From NCBI GenBank assembly GCA_964481135.1, contig CAYZSW010000004.1, positions 20,110 through 84,109 on the forward strand: a stretch of 64,000 nt of DNA, read 5' to 3'. Below the pieces are notes generated by a model. It did not search any database. It saw only the letters and a program-made list of their open reading frames with translations, and was not told the DNA's origin. Below are positions 30,175-40,275 of the stretch, piece by piece. Source of the stretch: an uncultured Candidatus Saccharibacteria bacterium (GTDB taxonomy: Bacteria > Patescibacteriota > UBA1384 > JAMDBS01 > DAOVQR01). The stretch's first letter is position 1; each line of letters opens with the position of its first letter. The translations under genes and the position numbers were made by a program.

Positions 30175-30618
30175 TTAAAAACTTTTCAGGTTTCTTTTTA
30201 TCTCTCTATCTAAATCTTTTTTCTTAATTTGTTCTCTTTTATCATAAAGTTTTTTTCCTTGAGCAACAGCAATTTCAACTTTTGCTTTTCCTCGTTTTAA
30301 ATACAATTTTGTTGGAACTATTGTTAGTTTTTTCGCTTGAATTTTTCCTACAAGACGAATGATTTCTTTTTTGTGAATAAGTAATTTTCTGGTTCTCGAA
30401 TTATCGGAATTGTCATTAGTTGCAATATTAGCATTTATTAAAAAAAGCTCAGGATTTTTTTTATCTCCATATAAAATTTTTGCATGAGAACCCTTTAAAT
30501 TAATTTTACCAGCTCTAATTGCCTTAATTTCGGATCCAGTTAAAACAATTCCAGCTTCAAGTTTTTCGATTAAATTATAATCAAAATACGCTTTTTTATT
30601 TTTTGCAATTTCAGTCAT
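30175..30618 (-). CDS. smpB: SsrA-binding protein
   Basis: NKKAYFDY, EAGIVLTGSEIK, GKKLYDKR. Confidence 0.97.
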   Translation of the reverse strand: MTEIAKNKKAYFDYNLIEKLEAGIVLTGSEIKAIRAGKINLKGSHAKILYGDKKNPELFLINANIATNDNSDNSRTRKLLIHKKEIIRLVGKIQAKKLTIVPTKLYLKRGKAKVEIAVAQGKKLYDKREQIKKKDLDREIKRNLKSF

Positions 30619-30750
30619 AATTTTTCATTTTAATTCTACTAATATTTAATCTAATGCAACTAGTTATCTTTTATTAAGAACATTAGAATTATCATTCTTA
30701 TTATACCTGTTTTTGACATTACATTAAAGTAGTGATAACTTTAAATTAAG

Positions 30751-31419
30751 ATGAATAAAATTGCAAGAGGAAAACTAATAGTTATTGAAGGAGTTGATGG
30801 CTCTGGTAAAACAACACAGACTAATCTTTTGATAGCCCGTTTAAAAAATATTAATAAACAAGTACAAACAATTAAATACCCAAGACACGGTAAACCTTTT
30901 TTCGGGAATATGGTCGATGAATATTTGAATAATAAATTTGGGCCTGCAGATAAAATTAATCCTTATTTAGCGTCATTAATTTATGCTTGTGATAGATGGG
31001 AAACAAAGGCGCAACTTACAAGCTGGCTTTCAGTTGGGAATTGGGTTGTGCCAGATAGGTATATGACCTCAAATTTAGGACATCAGCTGGGTAAACTTAA
31101 AACAATGCAAGAAAAAGATCATTATATTAAATGGGAGGAAGAATTAGAATATAAAACATTTGGGATTCCAAGACCAGATTTAGTAATATATTTAGATATG
31201 CCAATTAAATTAATTAAAAAATTGCTTAAACAAAGAAACGAAAAAATGGATGCTCATGAATTAGACGAAACTCACTTAAAAAATGCACAAATTGCTTATA
31301 GATATTGCTTAAAGAAATTTTCTTATTGGAAAAAAGTAGATTGCACAGAGTACGATGAACTTTTATCACCTGAGGAAATTCATAAAAAAATTTGGGCAAA
31401 AATAAGGAGTACGCTATGA
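30751..31419 (+). CDS. tmk: Thymidylate kinase
   Basis: IEGVDGSGKTTQ, DRY, PDLVIYLD. Confidence 0.92.
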   Translation: MNKIARGKLIVIEGVDGSGKTTQTNLLIARLKNINKQVQTIKYPRHGKPFFGNMVDEYLNNKFGPADKINPYLASLIYACDRWETKAQLTSWLSVGNWVVPDRYMTSNLGHQLGKLKTMQEKDHYIKWEEELEYKTFGIPRPDLVIYLDMPIKLIKKLLKQRNEKMDAHELDETHLKNAQIAYRYCLKKFSYWKKVDCTEYDELLSPEEIHKKIWAKIRSTL

Positions 31420-31982
31420 TTTTAGGTTTAGTAAGTTTTATTGGAGCGGGTAAAGATACGGTTGCTAGTTATCTAGTAAAAAAAGGTTTTATTCACAGAT
31501 CTTTGTCTGATGAAATTAGAGACGAACTTAAAAAAAGAAAATTACCAGAAACCAGAGATAATCTTATTAATGTTGGAAACGAGTTAAGAAAAAAGTTTGG
31601 TAATGATGTTCTTGCAAAAAGAGCTTTTGAAAAAATCAAGAAGCTTAATAAACATGCAATAATAAGTAGTATTAGAAATGCAGGAGAAGTGAAATTTTTT
31701 AAAAAACAACCAGAATTTATACTAGTAGAAATTTACTGTCCTTTAGAGATTAGATATAAACGGTTAAAAAAAAGAAATCGGATAGGTGATATTAAATCAT
31801 TTAAAGAGTTTCTTTTATCAGAAAAAAGAGAACAGGCAAGTGATCCTAGTAAACAACAAATTCACAAAGTAATTAAGTTAGCTGATTTAAAAATTAATAA
31901 TTCAGGCACAATCAAACAATTACAAAATAATACTGATAATTTAATTAATAAAATAAATAAAGGGGGAAAAGGACAAAAATGA
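31416..31982 (+). CDS. P-loop nucleoside monophosphate / dephospho-CoA kinase-like protein
   Basis: GAGKDT, SIRN..E; ATG at 31416 overlaps the tmk stop. Confidence 0.8.
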   Translation: MILGLVSFIGAGKDTVASYLVKKGFIHRSLSDEIRDELKKRKLPETRDNLINVGNELRKKFGNDVLAKRAFEKIKKLNKHAIISSIRNAGEVKFFKKQPEFILVEIYCPLEIRYKRLKKRNRIGDIKSFKEFLLSEKREQASDPSKQQIHKVIKLADLKINNSGTIKQLQNNTDNLINKINKGGKGQK

Positions 31983-32479
31983 ATAAAAACAACAAGCCCT
32001 CAAATCAAAATAACAAAAAAGAAAAAAACATAAGGCCTAGCTGGGATGAGTATTTTATGAATATTGCCGAGCAGGTTGCAACTCGCGCCACATGTGACAG
32101 AAAACATGTTGGAGCAGTGATTGTGAGAGATAAAGTTATTTTATCTACAGGTTATAATGGTTCACCTCGTGGTATGGCTCATTGCGACGAAGTAGGGCAT
32201 GAAATAATAGAAGGTCATTGTGTTCGAACAGTTCACGCTGAAGCAAACGCAATTGCACAAGCTGCTAAAAATGGCGTTTCAATAGAAGGAGCTACAATAT
32301 ATACTACTTCTTCTCCTTGTTATGATTGTTTTAAATTATTAATTAATGCAGGAATAAAAAGAGTTGTTTATAAAGAATTTTATTCTAGCCGTTATGGCAT
32401 GTCGAAAATGGTTTTGACTTTAGCCAATAAAGCGCAGATTTGGATGACATATTTAGGAGATGAAATTATTAAAGATTAA
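31979..32479 (+). CDS. dCMP deaminase (ComEB-like)
   Basis: [19 protein letters not shown]. Confidence 0.93.
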   Translation: MNKNNKPSNQNNKKEKNIRPSWDEYFMNIAEQVATRATCDRKHVGAVIVRDKVILSTGYNGSPRGMAHCDEVGHEIIEGHCVRTVHAEANAIAQAAKNGVSIEGATIYTTSSPCYDCFKLLINAGIKRVVYKEFYSSRYGMSKMVLTLANKAQIWMTYLGDEIIKD

Positions 32480-32888
32480 AAAATTAAATAAAGATGCTAA
32501 GGTGCCCAAATATGCACATTTTAATGATGCAGGTATAGATTTGTATTGTATCAAAAAAACAACCATAGCACCTCGTCAAAGAGTTTTAGTAGAAACTGGA
32601 ATTGCAATGCAAATACCGCTAGGATTCGCAGGTTTAATTTGGGATAAAAGTGGTTTATCAACTAAGTATGGGCTGCATGTTTTTGCAGGTGTAATTGATG
32701 CAACTTACAGAGGTGAAATTAAAATTTTATTATACAATAGTTCCAGTAAAGCATTTACTTTTGAAAAAGGCGATAAAATATCTCAAATGCTTATTCAGCC
32801 CGTTATGAATTTTAAAATCATTGAGAGTAATAAGCTTTCTGCTACAAAAAGAGATCTAGGTGGATTTGGTTCTACCGGTAAAAAATAA
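32460..32888 (+). CDS. dut: dUTP diphosphatase
   Basis: [25 protein letters not shown]. Confidence 0.95.
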   Translation: MKLLKIKKLNKDAKVPKYAHFNDAGIDLYCIKKTTIAPRQRVLVETGIAMQIPLGFAGLIWDKSGLSTKYGLHVFAGVIDATYRGEIKILLYNSSSKAFTFEKGDKISQMLIQPVMNFKIIESNKLSATKRDLGGFGSTGKK

Positions 32889-32918
32889 TTTTTGTTAAGA
32901 TTTTTATCTGGAGGATTT

Positions 32919-33785
32919 ATGAAACAATATTTAGATATTGTAAAAAAAGTATTAAAAGATGGTAAAACAAAAAAAAATCGAACAGGCGTTGATACTATTT
33001 CGGTTGCAGGAACATTTTTTGAACATGATATGTCAAAAGGTTTTCCGATTATTACTACAAAAAGTGTACCTTTTAAATTAGTTGCTTCTGAGTTGGAATT
33101 TTTTATTAAGGGCATAACAGATAAAAAGTGGCTGCAACAAAAAAATAATCATATTTGGGATGAATGGTGTTCACCAAAGAAAGTTCCATATTCGCACAAT
33201 GAAAAAACAAAAAACAAAATGTTTTTAGAAAGAGATTTAGGTCCAATCTATGGATGGCAATGGAGAAATTTTGGCGCTCAATACATCAGTTATAACAAAA
33301 AACCAAAAACTAAAGGTGTGGACCAACTAAAAAATCTTGTAGAGAAACTAAAACACAATCCAAACGATAGAAGAATGATTGTATCCGCCTGGAACCCTGT
33401 TGATTTGTCGCAAATGGCACTTCCGCCTTGTCATTATTGTTTTCAAGTTACTGTTATTGGGGATAAATTGAATTTACTGTGGAGCCAGCGTTCTGTAGAT
33501 GTTGCCTTAGGGTTACCCTTTAATATTACAAGTTATGCACTTTTACTGCACTTACTAGCCAAAGAATCTGATTTAAAAGAAGGTAAACTGGTTGGTTTTT
33601 TAGCAGATACTCATATTTATAAAAATCATATCGCTGGCTTAAAAGAGCAAGTAAAAAGAAAACCATTTAAGCTTCCAAAAATTAAAACTAGTAATTTTAA
33701 ATCAATCTTTGATTGGCAGTATTTAGATAGTGAATTGTTGGGTTATAAGCATCATGAAAAAATTAAATTTGATATTGCAGTTTAG
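32919..33785 (+). CDS. thyA: Thymidylate synthase
   Basis: RTG, DRRMIVSAWN, LPPCH, QRSVD..LGLPFN; GGAGG RBS before ATG at 32919. Confidence 0.97.
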   Translation: MKQYLDIVKKVLKDGKTKKNRTGVDTISVAGTFFEHDMSKGFPIITTKSVPFKLVASELEFFIKGITDKKWLQQKNNHIWDEWCSPKKVPYSHNEKTKNKMFLERDLGPIYGWQWRNFGAQYISYNKKPKTKGVDQLKNLVEKLKHNPNDRRMIVSAWNPVDLSQMALPPCHYCFQVTVIGDKLNLLWSQRSVDVALGLPFNITSYALLLHLLAKESDLKEGKLVGFLADTHIYKNHIAGLKEQVKRKPFKLPKIKTSNFKSIFDWQYLDSELLGYKHHEKIKFDIAV

Positions 33786-33794
33786 GAGGATAAA

Positions 33795-34307
33795 ATGAGC
33801 AAAATTATTGTTATTTCTGCAGTTGCAAAAAATAATATTATTGGTAAAAACAAAGGTATTCCTTGGCATATTAAAAAAGATTTCGAACATTTTAAAAAAA
33901 TAACAATTGGTCACCCGATAATTATGGGAAGTGTTACTTACGAATCATTGCCAATTAAACCTTTACCGGGCAGAGAAAATATTGTTTTAAATCCAAATAA
34001 GAGTTATAAGCCAGCAAATGTTACAGTTATGCATTCATTTGAAGATGCAATAAAATACGCAAAAAAATTTGACAAAGCATTCATTATAGGAGGAAATACT
34101 GTATATCAACTCGGCCTAGAAATAGCAGATGAGCTAGAACTTACAAAAATCGACAAAAACTATGAAGGCGATACTAAATTTCCAAATGTTAATTGGAAAG
34201 ATTGGAAGTTGATAAAAAAAGAAGATTATTCTGCTGATGACGGCTCCGGAGAAGTTGTCAAGTTTTCATTTTGCAAATACAAAAGAATAAATAATTTGAA
34301 AAAATAA
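33795..34307 (+). CDS. folA: Dihydrofolate reductase
   Basis: IPWH..DF.HFK, PLPGRENIV, IIGG, GDTKFP. Confidence 0.95.
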   Translation: MSKIIVISAVAKNNIIGKNKGIPWHIKKDFEHFKKITIGHPIIMGSVTYESLPIKPLPGRENIVLNPNKSYKPANVTVMHSFEDAIKYAKKFDKAFIIGGNTVYQLGLEIADELELTKIDKNYEGDTKFPNVNWKDWKLIKKEDYSADDGSGEVVKFSFCKYKRINNLKK

Positions 34308-34337
34308 TATTATTTGATATAATATAAATAAGTTATT

Positions 34338-34499
34338 AAAAGTGTTGACGCGGAGTCACTAACCGCTGAGCTTTTACGCATTAGTAATTGAGCGAGATCA
34401 ATTATAAAGAGATCCGTAATTGGATAATCTGGGTGGAACCGCTTCGATTAAGTATCGGAGTCCCGGAAAATCTAATATTTACGGATTGTTTTATTTTTT
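34338..34499 (+). promoter_or_regulatory. T-box riboswitch (Thr)
   Basis: AATCTGGGTGGAACCGC T-box core, antiterminator closing GTCCCGG, downstream U-run; lies upstream of thrS. Confidence 0.88.
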
Positions 34500-34511
34500 A
34501 GAAAGGAATAT

Positions 34512-36275
34512 ATGGCAAAAGAAAAACATTCAAAATTAGACACTATGCGACATAGTAGTTCGCATTTAATGGCAATGGCGGTTTTGCAACTGTTTCCTAA
34601 AGCAAAATTTGCAATAGGACCTTCTATAGAAGATGGTTTTTATTATGATTTTGAGTTAGATAGATCTCTTACAAACCAAGATTTAAAAAAAATTGAAAAG
34701 ATTATGACTAAGACTAAATCAAAAAATCACAAATTTGAACACGAAGAATGGACAATAACAAAAGCTGAAAAATATTTTAAAGATAGTAAACAAAAATATA
34801 AATTAGAACTAATTCGCGACTTATTAAAAGAAGATCCAAAGCTTAAAAAGGTTTCAATTTTTAAGACGGGTGAATTTGTAGATTTGTGTGCAGGACCTCA
34901 TGTAAAATCAACAAAAGAAATCGGACCATATAAATTACTTTCTGTAGCAGGAGCTTATTGGCGAGGAAGTGAAAAAAATAAAATGCTACAAAGGATTTAT
35001 GGAACCTGTTTTGAACAAGAAAAAGAACTCGTGGAATATTTAAACAAATTAGAAGAAGCTAAAAAACGCGATCATAGATTTTTAGGTAAACAACTTGAAC
35101 TGTTTATGATAGATGAAGAAGTTGGTCAGGGTCTTATCTTATGGCTCCCAAAGGGTGCACAGCTCCGCAAAATTATTCAAGATTTTGCAATTAATACATA
35201 TTTGAAAAATGGCTATAAACCTGTCTATACTCCTCATATTGCATCAACAGAATTGTTCAAACATTCGGGTCACTTAGATTTTTATAAAGAAAACCTTTAT
35301 TCTCCTTTTGAGGTAGAAAAACAAGCTTATATGGTTAAGCCGATGAATTGTCCATTTCATGTTCGTATGTATAATAACAGCATCCATTCTTATCGTGATT
35401 TACCAATCCGTTGGACAGAAATGGGAACAGTATATCGATATGAAAGAAGTGGTGTGTTACACGGACTTACTCGTGTTCGAGGATTTACTCAAGATGATGC
35501 TCATATTATTTGTACTAAAGAACAATTATCACAAGAACTTTTCGAAGCTTTAAAGCTGACAAAATATATGCTTAAAACTTTTGGATTTAATGATTTTGAA
35601 GTTAATATTTCAATTCGTGATCCAAAAAATAAAGATAAATTTATTGGTGATGATTCTTCATGGAAAGCTGCAGAAGAATCATTAATAGAAGCAGTAAAAA
35701 AAGCAGGATTTAAAAACTTTGTTTACGATATTGGTGGAGCAGTTTTTTATGGACCTAAAATTGATATTAAAATTGCTGATGCTCTAGGTAGAATGTGGCA
35801 ACTTTCAACAATTCAAGTAGATTTTAATCTTCCAAGTAGATTTAATATGAAGTATATTGATAAAGAGGGTAATGAAAAAGCTCCATTTATGATTCACAGA
35901 GCGCTTTTAGGATCTCTAGAGAGATTTATTGGAGTTTTAATTGAACACTATGCAGGTTCCTTTCCTTTATGGCTTTCTCCTCTGCAAGTAAAAGTTTTAG
36001 CAATATCTCAAAAGCATAATAAATATGCACAAAAAGTTTTAGATGAACTAACCAAAAATGATATTAGAGTAGAAGTTGATGATTCAGACGAAACACTGGG
36101 TAAAAAGATTCGTAATGCATTAAAAGAAAAAGTACCATATATGGTTATAGTAGGAGATAAAGAAAAAAAACTAGACAAAGTCGCGCCAAGAACTAGAACT
36201 GGTAAAGATTTAGGTGCAATGAAAATTAGTAAATTTATTGATAGAATAAAAGAAGAAATTAAGAAGAATAAATAA
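34512..36275 (+). CDS. thrS: Threonine--tRNA ligase
   Basis: DLCAGPH, KPMNCP, RVRGFTQDDAH, IHRA. Confidence 0.98.
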   Translation: MAKEKHSKLDTMRHSSSHLMAMAVLQLFPKAKFAIGPSIEDGFYYDFELDRSLTNQDLKKIEKIMTKTKSKNHKFEHEEWTITKAEKYFKDSKQKYKLELIRDLLKEDPKLKKVSIFKTGEFVDLCAGPHVKSTKEIGPYKLLSVAGAYWRGSEKNKMLQRIYGTCFEQEKELVEYLNKLEEAKKRDHRFLGKQLELFMIDEEVGQGLILWLPKGAQLRKIIQDFAINTYLKNGYKPVYTPHIASTELFKHSGHLDFYKENLYSPFEVEKQAYMVKPMNCPFHVRMYNNSIHSYRDLPIRWTEMGTVYRYERSGVLHGLTRVRGFTQDDAHIICTKEQLSQELFEALKLTKYMLKTFGFNDFEVNISIRDPKNKDKFIGDDSSWKAAEESLIEAVKKAGFKNFVYDIGGAVFYGPKIDIKIADALGRMWQLSTIQVDFNLPSRFNMKYIDKEGNEKAPFMIHRALLGSLERFIGVLIEHYAGSFPLWLSPLQVKVLAISQKHNKYAQKVLDELTKNDIRVEVDDSDETLGKKIRNALKEKVPYMVIVGDKEKKLDKVAPRTRTGKDLGAMKISKFIDRIKEEIKKNK

Positions 36276-36286
36276 TAATATCAATG

Positions 36287-36435
36287 TTGTCCTCCTACGC
36301 TTTCGGTATTCCACTCGGATTATTCATCCGTGTTACAATCCGAGATGCTTCCCGCTTTGCATAAAACTTTGCGGGACAAGTCGGAGGACTTCCGGTTTTG
36401 CTTCCGTCGTGGAGTGCAAAACACGGAGCGGAGGG
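36287..36435. repeat. Nested palindrome cluster
   Basis: GTCCTCC/GGAGGAC enclosing TCGGATT/AATCCGA and TCCCGC/GCGGGA; then GTTTTGC/GCAAAAC. Confidence 0.65.
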
Positions 36436-36438
36436 TAT

Positions 36439-37128
36439 ATGAATAAAGATCAAATAAAAAAGTACATTGACCATACAAATGTAAAACCAGACGCAACAGA
36501 AAAAGAAATTAAAACACTTTGTAAAGAAGCAAAAGAGAATGGTTTCCATTCAGTATGCGTAAGTGCTTTTCGTGTCAAAGATGCTCGTAAATTTCTAGGT
36601 GATTCAAACAAAATCGCACTAATTTCTGTAATTGGTTTTCCATTTGGCTTTTCTACAACCGAAATTAAGGTTTTAGAAGCCAAGCGCGCAGTAAAAGATG
36701 GAGCTACAGAAATTGACATGGTAATTAATATTGGTAAAGTAAAAGAGCATGATTGGGGATTTACCAAAAAAGAAATATTACAAATCTCTAAAGCTATAGC
36801 CCCAATTGGACTTAAAGTTATTGTTGAAGTAGGGTATTTAAGTGAAGAAGAGCTTTTTAAAGTATCAAAAATTGTAAAAGAGGCAGGGGCTAAATTTGTT
36901 AAAACCTCAACTGGATATGGACCTCGACCCGCTCAATTAAAAGATATTAAAATTATGAAAAAAGCAGTAGGGGATTTTGATATTAAAGCATCGGGTGGAG
37001 TTCGTGATTATAAAACTGCAGAGGCAATGATTAAAGCCGGAGCAACAAGAATTGGAACTAGTTCAGGATTAAAAATAATTGGTAAAGATCAAAAAAAGAA
37101 AAAAGATTTATCAGGTAGTAATGAATAG
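36439..37128 (+). CDS. deoC: Deoxyribose-phosphate aldolase
   Basis: IDHT, VIGFPFG, EIDMV, VKTSTG, KASGGVR, RIGTS. Confidence 0.95.
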   Translation: MNKDQIKKYIDHTNVKPDATEKEIKTLCKEAKENGFHSVCVSAFRVKDARKFLGDSNKIALISVIGFPFGFSTTEIKVLEAKRAVKDGATEIDMVINIGKVKEHDWGFTKKEILQISKAIAPIGLKVIVEVGYLSEEELFKVSKIVKEAGAKFVKTSTGYGPRPAQLKDIKIMKKAVGDFDIKASGGVRDYKTAEAMIKAGATRIGTSSGLKIIGKDQKKKKDLSGSNE

Positions 37129-37259
37129 AAATTAATTAATAAATAATATTTGATAACTCATAATTATAACTAAAATTTGATAAATGTTGAGATATAAAGT
37201 TATTAGATATAGTTTTGAGATTTGAATTTTAAACTATAAGTTTAATTAAAAGGATTAAT

Positions 37260-37880
37260 ATGAAATATAAATTTTGTGTATCGGGTACTGCTGACGGAAC
37301 AATAGCAACAAATAAAGCAAAAGAAAAAATTGTTGAATTGGGCAGGGAGATTATTAAACAAAACGGAGTATTGGTTAATGGTGCAACAAGTGGTGCTCCT
37401 CATTGGGCGTTAGAGGGTGCAAAAAAAGAAAAAGGTTTTGCAATTGGAATTTCCCCTGCTAGTTCAGAATTAGAACATATTAAAAAATATCGTCTGCCTA
37501 TAGATGATTACGATATGATTATTTATACTGGTTTTGGTTATTCTGGTAGAAATTTACTTCTTACTAGATCGTCAGATGCAGTAATTATTGTTTCGGGCAG
37601 AATGGGAACTTTAAATGAATTTACAATTGCTTTTGAAGATGATAAGCCAATAGGTGTTTTGACCGAAACAGGGGGAACAGCTGACATTGTTGAAGGTATT
37701 GTTAAAAGTTCACGTCGCGGTCTTGGAAGAATTGTTTACGAATCAGATCCTAAAAAACTAGTTTCAAAACTCAAAAAATTAATTGCTAAAGATAAAGTAA
37801 CAGCAAAAGAACTAGAAGAATTCAGGGTTAATCCAAAACTTAATTGGACTAAGGAAAAATTAAAAGAAAATAGTAAATAA
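37260..37880 (+). CDS. LOG family protein (TIGR00725-like)
   Basis: GISP, TGFGYSGRN, GRMGTLNE, TGGTAD. Confidence 0.85.
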   Translation: MKYKFCVSGTADGTIATNKAKEKIVELGREIIKQNGVLVNGATSGAPHWALEGAKKEKGFAIGISPASSELEHIKKYRLPIDDYDMIIYTGFGYSGRNLLLTRSSDAVIIVSGRMGTLNEFTIAFEDDKPIGVLTETGGTADIVEGIVKSSRRGLGRIVYESDPKKLVSKLKKLIAKDKVTAKELEEFRVNPKLNWTKEKLKENSK

Positions 37881-39074
37881 TTATTTGTTAATTAAATTAT
37901 TGATAATATCCCAACGATGTTTTTTTTCTTCTCTAGCTATATTGTCTTTGTATTTTTTTTCTGCTAAGGTTCCGGGACGGGGAGAATACTGGGCTGCAAA
38001 TACTTTATAAAAACCAACTTTTTTGCAAATTTCGACTGTATTTTGAAATTGTTTTTTAGTTTCACCAGGAAACCCAACTATCACATCAGTTGATATTTTT
38101 AAATCTTTAATTTTTATTTTTAAATCTTTAATTAGGCTTAAGTAATCTTGTGTGCTATATTTTCGATTCATTTTTTTTAAAATTTCATCATCACCTGACT
38201 GTATTGGTAAATGTAGTTTTTTTTCCCATTTTTTTAATTTAGGTAAAGTATCTACTAAACTTTTGTGAAAATCATGTGGGTTAGAGCTGGTAAAATTAAA
38301 AGTAAAATTACCAGGTATTTTATCAATTTCTTCTAGTAATTTTGCAAAAGGTAAAATTAAATTTTCATCCCGAACTCTCGCCTTGGATTGACTTACAAGT
38401 TGAGATAAGTAATTTGAGATTTTTTTTGATTTTTGGGATTTTGAACTAAATTCAGAATGACTTATATTAGTTATTAAAAATTTATTTTTATTGTTTTTAT
38501 CTAAACCATAACTATTAACATTTTGACCTAAAAGCATAATATGTTTTTTGTTATTTTTGATTTGTTTTTTTATTTCATCTAAAATTTCATTTTCTTTTTT
38601 TGACCATTCACGACCACGAGTATATGGTACAGCGCAATACGAACAAAAATTATCACAACCAAACATTATCGGTATAAAGGCAGCATCTTTATTAATATCT
38701 AGCGGAATACACTCTGTTTGTGGTTTTAATTTAATATTAACTTTTCCTTTTAGTAAAAGAGGTAATTTTTTATCAATATCATTAATATCAATTATTAATG
38801 CATTTTGTTTTTTACTAGAAAATTTTGGTTTGTCTTTTTCTAATATACATCCGGTAATTATTACTTTAGGTTTTTGGGGAAGCTTATTCCAAACTTTAAT
38901 TTTTCCAAATATTCTATCGATTGGTTTTTGACGAACAGAGCAAGCAATAGCCACGATTACATTAGCATTTTTTTCATTGTCTAAAACATAACCCATCTTT
39001 TCGAGTAGATGGGCTATGTGTTTGGCATCGTAATAATTTTGATAACATCCTGTGATAAATAAGTAATAACTCAT
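37881..39074 (-). CDS. miaB: MiaB-like radical SAM methylthiotransferase, no TRAM domain
   Basis: GC.QN..D, CSVR, GCDNFCSYC, DVIVGFPGET; ATG at 39074. Confidence 0.85.
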   Translation of the reverse strand: MSYYLFITGCYQNYYDAKHIAHLLEKMGYVLDNEKNANVIVAIACSVRQKPIDRIFGKIKVWNKLPQKPKVIITGCILEKDKPKFSSKKQNALIIDINDIDKKLPLLLKGKVNIKLKPQTECIPLDINKDAAFIPIMFGCDNFCSYCAVPYTRGREWSKKENEILDEIKKQIKNNKKHIMLLGQNVNSYGLDKNNKNKFLITNISHSEFSSKSQKSKKISNYLSQLVSQSKARVRDENLILPFAKLLEEIDKIPGNFTFNFTSSNPHDFHKSLVDTLPKLKKWEKKLHLPIQSGDDEILKKMNRKYSTQDYLSLIKDLKIKIKDLKISTDVIVGFPGETKKQFQNTVEICKKVGFYKVFAAQYSPRPGTLAEKKYKDNIAREEKKHRWDIINNLINK

Positions 39075-39090
39075 ACTTTGAAGTAGAAAA

Positions 39091-39831
39091 TTATTTAGTT
39101 GTTTCTTTTTTGTCTTCAGCTGGTTTTTCTGCAGTTTTTTTGTTATCTTCTTCGCTTTCTTTTTCCTGTTCTTTTTTAGCTTTTTCAGCTTCTGCTTCGG
39201 ATTCCATTTTTTCAATTCCTGCTTGTTCTTCGTCTTTTGCTGATTCTTGTTCTAATTCTTCTAATTCTTCTTCGCTTCTTGGCGGATTAACAACAGCTAT
39301 TGTTTCTTCGGGATCATCTTGAATCTTAATAGTTTCGGGTACTTTTAGATCTTTTACTAAAATAATATCTTCAAATGTCTTTAATATTGAAATATCAACT
39401 TCAATGTTTGAAATAAGATTACCAGGTAAACATTTGACTTCAACCGAATCTTTGTTTTTAACCAAATTTCCTTCCAACTCTTTTACAGCAGGTGATAATC
39501 CGGTAAATTCTAAAGGAATTTCAGTTGTAATTTCTTCATCCATTTTAATTTTATAAAAATCTATATGAATAACTTTGTCGGTGATAGGATTTTTTTGTGG
39601 TTCTTGAATTAAAATCTTAATAGGTTTTTCGTCTTCAATTAATAAATCGACTAAAGTTGAACTGCCGGATTTTTGATATGTTTTTATAAATTCATTTTCA
39701 TTTACGGTTAAATTTGTTGATTTTTTCCCTTGACCATACAAAACAGAGGGCACTAGACCCTGATTTCTTAATTGGTTAACTTTTTTACCCACGATATTTC
39801 TTTTTTGGGCTTTTAAAATTATTTTTTCCAT
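39091..39831 (-). CDS. rplY: 50S ribosomal protein L25 (Ctc form)
   Basis: LRNQGLVPSVLYG, HIDF, acidic tail. Confidence 0.95.
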   Translation of the reverse strand: MEKIILKAQKRNIVGKKVNQLRNQGLVPSVLYGQGKKSTNLTVNENEFIKTYQKSGSSTLVDLLIEDEKPIKILIQEPQKNPITDKVIHIDFYKIKMDEEITTEIPLEFTGLSPAVKELEGNLVKNKDSVEVKCLPGNLISNIEVDISILKTFEDIILVKDLKVPETIKIQDDPEETIAVVNPPRSEEELEELEQESAKDEEQAGIEKMESEAEAEKAKKEQEKESEEDNKKTAEKPAEDKKETTK

Positions 39832-40145
39832 AGTTTTTCAAAATCTCCATCGAAATTATTTATTTCTTTTGTTAATAGTTGGCTAAAAGTATGTTTATTA
39901 ATATTTGATGTGTAGTTTTTATTATAACTTTCAAATGCTTTAACGATATCCTGGTTTATTGGTTTGTTGCTTATTACCACAAAAATTGATACTGGTTTAT
40001 GATTATTAAAACAATTTGCTTGTAGAAAATAGATATTTTCAAACCAGCCTTTAAGCTTAATTTCTTCGATATTATATTTTCTTTTACAAATTGGACAAGA
40101 CAAAAGTTTTTGCGCCATTTTGATAATATGTTGAAATCTATCCAT
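39819..40145 (-). CDS. Small Zn-ribbon hypothetical protein
   Basis: CPIC...C...H; INNFDGDF C-terminus. Confidence 0.7.
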   Translation of the reverse strand: MDRFQHIIKMAQKLLSCPICKRKYNIEEIKLKGWFENIYFLQANCFNNHKPVSIFVVISNKPINQDIVKAFESYNKNYTSNINKHTFSQLLTKEINNFDGDFEKLWKK

Positions 40146-40275
40146 ATTATAACCCCTCGATAATACATACTATCATACCTGTAAAAAATTTTCAAGTATA
40201 TGATTACATTATAATATTAATATGGTATAAATGATATGTTTTAATTGTTAAATTAATAATTAAGGAGGAAAAATA

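Noticed and set aside
36295-36549. ORFs over palindrome clusters (also 61306-61494)
   Set aside because: Translations of repeat DNA or antisense to real genes; no RBS or protein-like features
39075-39215. Lys-rich N-terminal extension of MiaB
   Set aside because: Alternate-frame read of the rplY 3' end; homology starts at ATG 39074
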